DNA from: Octopus bimaculoides
Lineage: Eukaryota
Assembly (NCBI RefSeq): GCF_001194135.2
Contig: NC_068982.1
Coordinates: 83,802,855-83,854,621, forward strand
Reading direction: 5' to 3'
DNA length: 51,767 bases
The notes beneath the pieces are model-generated. The model was not told where the DNA came from. It ran no database searches and saw only the letters and a list, made by a program, of their open reading frames with translations. The stretch's first letter is position 1; every line of letters begins with the position of its first letter. Positions 47,449-51,767 of the stretch are shown here, piece after piece. The position numbers and the translations under genes are program-made.

Positions 47449-48329
47449 GTAGCAACAATAGAACAAGACCTTGATATTAGATAAATAGAGGATTATTTAT
47501 ATATGTTATTATTTAGATTAAACAATAAAAGGTTGTCATTATAGTACTCAGAGTTTTGAATGTTGGAGCGAAGAGCTATGATGCATTTTCATCAGCTATT
47601 AATGGCAACAGATGCTATAAAAAAGCCGATCAGTAAAAGGAAAGTTACTCTAATAGGTAGAAAAAGAAAAAAAGATATATATTCTTACAATACCTAGACA
47701 TAAACCTCCTGCGTTCACAACATCCACATACATACACACTCACACAAGTATGTATAGATACATACACACACACACAAACATATATGTGTATGTACGTATT
47801 CATACATATCCTCCCATACCCACCTTCCCCCTCTCTTATATCCACCTTCCCCTTCCCCCTTCATCGTCACCTCCCCTCCCCCTTCATCGTCAACCCTCCC
47901 TCATAAGCTCATCCCACCCCAACACACTCCTACTCTACNNNNNNNNNNNNNNNNNNNNNNNNNNNNNNNNNNNNNNNNNNNNNNNNNNNNNNNNNNNNNN
48001 NNNNNNNNNNNNNNNNNNNNNNNNNNNNNNNNNNNNNNNNNNNNNNNNNNNNNNNNNNNNNNNNNNNNNNNNNNNNNNNNNNNNNNNNNNNNNNNTACCC
48101 CTACCTCTACCCCCACCCTCAGCCTAACTCCACCCATGCTTTCCCCACTCTCGCCTCCCCACCTCCCAACACCCTCACATCACACCACACATCACTTCAC
48201 AACACACACCAGGCACACACTACAACTGACCAATTCCTTTCTCCCCTCCCCATTTTTTCACACCTACATACACACATACATACGTCAAGATCACCAGCAT
48301 TCTCTCACACACACACACGCACACACAGC

Positions 48330-48612
48330 TCCTCATATTTGGGTCACCGTTTCTTTCCCCTTTTGTTATCTCCCCTTTTTCTTAGCTCTCCTGCGTGAAC
48401 TTTCTGTCCGGCAGTCGCCATGATAGATCGCTGACCAAACATTCAATTTTTTTTCTCTGTGTTTTTCTCCTTGTTTTCTCCGTATTCTTTCTGTTGAAGA
48501 GCGTAGCTCGAAACGTTAAAGACTTTCTCTATACCTGAGCGTTAAACTAATACATCCTTTTGTTGTTTACACCACCTGTCCTCGTCTATTGTTGTTTTTC
48601 TCGTAAATTCTC
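48330..48612 (+). repeat. pLTR-like repeat with hammerhead-like motif (48487-48521)
   Basis: cttt CTGTTGA a gagc gta gctc GAAAC GT T aaag, followed by the same tail as 25715-25810. Confidence 0.6.
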
Positions 48613-48648
<36 letters not shown>

Positions 48649-48779
48649 GTATATGTGTACGCAACCTCACCCTCATATACACATAGTGTTTACATACATA
48701 CACGTAACATAATATGTATATATTTAGACATTTATATGTATATGTATATATATATATGTAAGTAGGAAGGTAGATAAAA

Positions 48780-49231
48780 CACAAACCCTTTCAGGTAGAT
48801 GGCCCTGCTCAGTATGTAGAAAAGGAGTAGGTAGTAACTCTATAAGNNNNNNNNNNGGAGTAGGTAGTAACTCTATAAGATGTAACCGGTGCAAGCTATG
48901 GACACATAAGAGGTGCAGCAATATCAAAGGCAGGCTAACTAGGAAATTAGTTTTTGTATGTGGCAGATGTCCAGGTGCAATAAACATTGTAAACAAACAG
49001 GAAACAACTTCTATCTTATTCCAGGGAGAAAAACTAGAGGTAGTTGATAGCTTCCACTATCTGGGTGACCAAGTTAGTAGTGCAGGTGGGTGCGCTGAAA
49101 GTGTAGCTGCTAGAATAAGAATAGACTGGGCAAAGTTCAGAGAGCTCTTACCTCTGCTGGCGACAAAGGGACTCTCACTCAGAGTAAAAGGCAGACTGTA
49201 TGATGCATGTGTACGAACAGCCATGCTACAT
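48780..49231 (+). mobile_element. RTE LINE fragment, same young subfamily as 1-207
   Basis: RWPCSVCRKGVGSNSI...VVDSFHYLGDQV...YDACVRTAML; short N gap with a duplicated 20-mer on either side. Confidence 0.85.
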
Positions 49232-49309
49232 CCAGATAACTGAAGAGATGTTAGCGTGGGCTCCCACCCTGGCATCTGAAACTCGGAGTTTTATCATGGC
49301 TACTGAATA
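49232..49309 (+). ncRNA. Putative type I hammerhead ribozyme in a Penelope 3'-end fragment (49235-49295)
   Basis: gataa CTGAAGA gatgtt..ggcatc t GAAA ctc g gag T T ttatc; stem I gataa/ttatc, stem II gatg/catc, stem III actc/gagt. Activity untested. Confidence 0.5.
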
Positions 49310-51466
49310 NNNNNNNNNNNNNNNNNNNTATATATATATATATATATATATGCAGTCATACATTCACACTCCCGCATACACACATATGCATCTATATATA
49401 TACATATAGATCTATACATATATACATATACATGAACATCTATAAATATACATTTATATATATATGCATATATATACACACATACATATATATGTACACA
49501 CATATACACATGTATGTATACATACATACGTACATATATACAAAATTAAGAGGAATGACCACTGAAGTGGACACCTAATATGTCAAACATAGAAGTCAAA
49601 TCGCTATTACCACGAAGAGTGTGTTCTCAAGAAAAATCTCAGCAAAATGCCAAAATGTAAAATATGAGCAAGACAAATGAAAATATATGCAATAAAAAAA
49701 CGATTACCTACGTACCATGGTTTCACTTGTTAATATTTACGTAAGTAAATACGCGAATATCTGCAAGATTGTCAGCATAGTCTGGCGCTTACAAAAACAC
49801 AATTTCCAGAACTAGATACAGAGCGCTCAACCGAAATAGAGCATGTATAAAGTTCTACAAATTATATTTGGGTGTATTTTTCAAATGTCTTCACTTTGAC
49901 ATGCTGCGGCCAGAAATAACTCTGCAGTTAATAAATTTCAACAGCTAATTTACCGGTTAAAGAACATTTGGTGATTTGACGTCTATGTTTAGCATATTAG
50001 GTGGCCACATTAATGGTCATTCCTTTTAATTTTGTATGAAACACAAATTTTTAATCTTCAGATTTTTTAAAATATGCTAAGCCACTGGTTTTAATTGATT
50101 AATATCAATTTCTACCCTTATTATTTTATTTTACATACATACATAGATATATATATATAAAATGTATACATAGGTGCAGGAGTGGCTATGTGGTAAGTAG
50201 ATTGCTTGAAACGTAAAAGACTTTCTCACTTCCCGAGTGTTAAACTAATACATGTTTGTTGTTTACACAAAAAGAAAAGAGTTTGTTAATGCTAAAGGCT
50301 TACATTTTAGTGACTTGTATATTTCCACGTGTTAGTAGGTTCCTTCATTGGATGTGTGTGGCAGTAAGTGAGGACAGTGGCTATTTGACTGGCGGTGTTG
50401 GCCGAAGGAGTTATACCTGGTGGGGATATCCAGTGTTGTTATCAGTAATAAGTAACGCTAAATTAGTCCCTGTAATTTTAAAGGAACCCCTTGTATAAAA
50501 GTAAAGATGCTATTTAAAATTTGTATGATATAGTGTATACAAATGGGCTATGTAAAGAAACAGTAAAAAGTGTTGAAGAGTACATAAAAATCATTAAAAT
50601 CAGTAGAAAATTATGTGTAATGTGAATTGGTAGTCTAGCTATCACGTGGATTTAATATATAGGATTAATGCCCTAGTGTTTTACGTAGATTATAATATAT
50701 AGTTCGGTTAAGATTATACTTGTTAAAGATATCTTCTCTTTTCTTTTTCTTTTATTCTTTTTTTTTCTTTGTCTTTCTTTTCCCTCTAATCATTCTGAAA
50801 ATGTTTATTCAATGTAACGAGGTAAATGTAAATTTATTCCAATTTGATAAACAGAAACAGCTATAAATGATCCAAATTCCATTAAATAATGACTTTTAAA
50901 CACCAATGATCCACTTCTCAGTGTTAATTATTGCTTCATTTCTTATCTTCTCTATATATAGTAAACTACGGTTTTACCTTTAAATTACCTACTACTTATA
51001 ATGAGGGCTATATATAGTGAGGTAATACACCAGGAGTGCCTTTGGATACATCTATCCCTTAGATGGTTGCATAACCTCTAACTTATATCTTGCTATACAC
51101 ATATATATGCATATATATATATATATACATACATAATATATATATATATATAATAGAAATAATATATATGCATATATACATATGTATATGTACATACTTG
51201 TATATATACGTATATACATATATATATGTGCTCACAAGACGTCACAGAACGTAAACAACAAAGGATACGGAAATATTTTCGTATTTTTTGTTGTTTACAT
51301 TCTGTGACATCCTGTGCCCACATATGCATATGTATAAATGTATATATTTGAGTATGCACATATACGTATATATATATGCATATATATATTATTTATATTA
51401 TCATATGATTGAACGCCACACATCCATTTCCAAGTAAGTTTTTATCTATCTATCTATCTATCTATC

Positions 51467-51507
<41 letters not shown>

Positions 51508-51509
51508 TT

Positions 51510-51700
51510 TTTTAATTTGTTTCAGTCATTTAATTGTGGCCATGCTGGAACACATGCCTTTTGCTGAGCAAATTGATCCCAGAGCTTATTCTTTGTAAGC
51601 CTAGTATTTATTCTATCGGTCTATTTTGCCAAACCACTAAGTTACAGGGACTTAAACACACCAGCATTGGTTGTCAAGTGATGTTGGGGGGACAAGCACG
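51510..51700 (-). mobile_element. SINE remnant next to (CA)n
   Basis: Reverse complement of the SINE body and tail at 18740-18930. Confidence 0.65.
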
Positions 51701-51767
51701 GACACACAAACATACAAACAAACACAAACACACACACACACACACACACACAGACACACACACACAC

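Noticed and set aside
48820-48880. Short duplication around an N run
   Set aside because: Typical scaffold gap-overlap artefact.
766-51359. Most ORFs in the six-frame track (e.g. 8337-8984 beyond the first about 75 aa, 16231-16551, 30292-30651, 49300-49527)
   Set aside because: They are translations of microsatellites, N gaps, telomeric repeats or antisense transposon sequence, with no splice or homology support as host genes.

Overview
AT-rich, microsatellite-rich eukaryotic genomic DNA with about 10 N-gaps. The repeat landscape (RTE LINEs with (ATG)n tails, tRNA-derived SINEs, Penelope-like elements, R4/Dong elements, mariner and piggyBac relics) looks like an octopod cephalopod short-read scaffold; the taxon is inferred. 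No prokaryotic features are present. Two real spliced exons on the + strand (30913-31015 and 39353-39461) join in frame to encode most of a PH domain resembling SH3BP2 (3BP2). Most of the rest is probably intronic and filled with decayed, nested transposons. Main observations: (1) about 11 minimal hammerhead-ribozyme-like motifs in roughly five repeat families, several with self-complementary stem III suited to dimer cleavage; (2) a tRNA-headed SINE with a hammerhead-like tail, present as a head-to-head dimer inside one 13-bp direct repeat and later hit by an R4/Dong element in its AAT tract; (3) a 596-bp foldback MITE with an 8-bp TSD and a perfect 88-bp (CCCTAA)n/(TTAGGG)n palindrome at its core, 61 bp upstream of a coding exon. 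All sequence comparisons were done by eye; no database searches were run.
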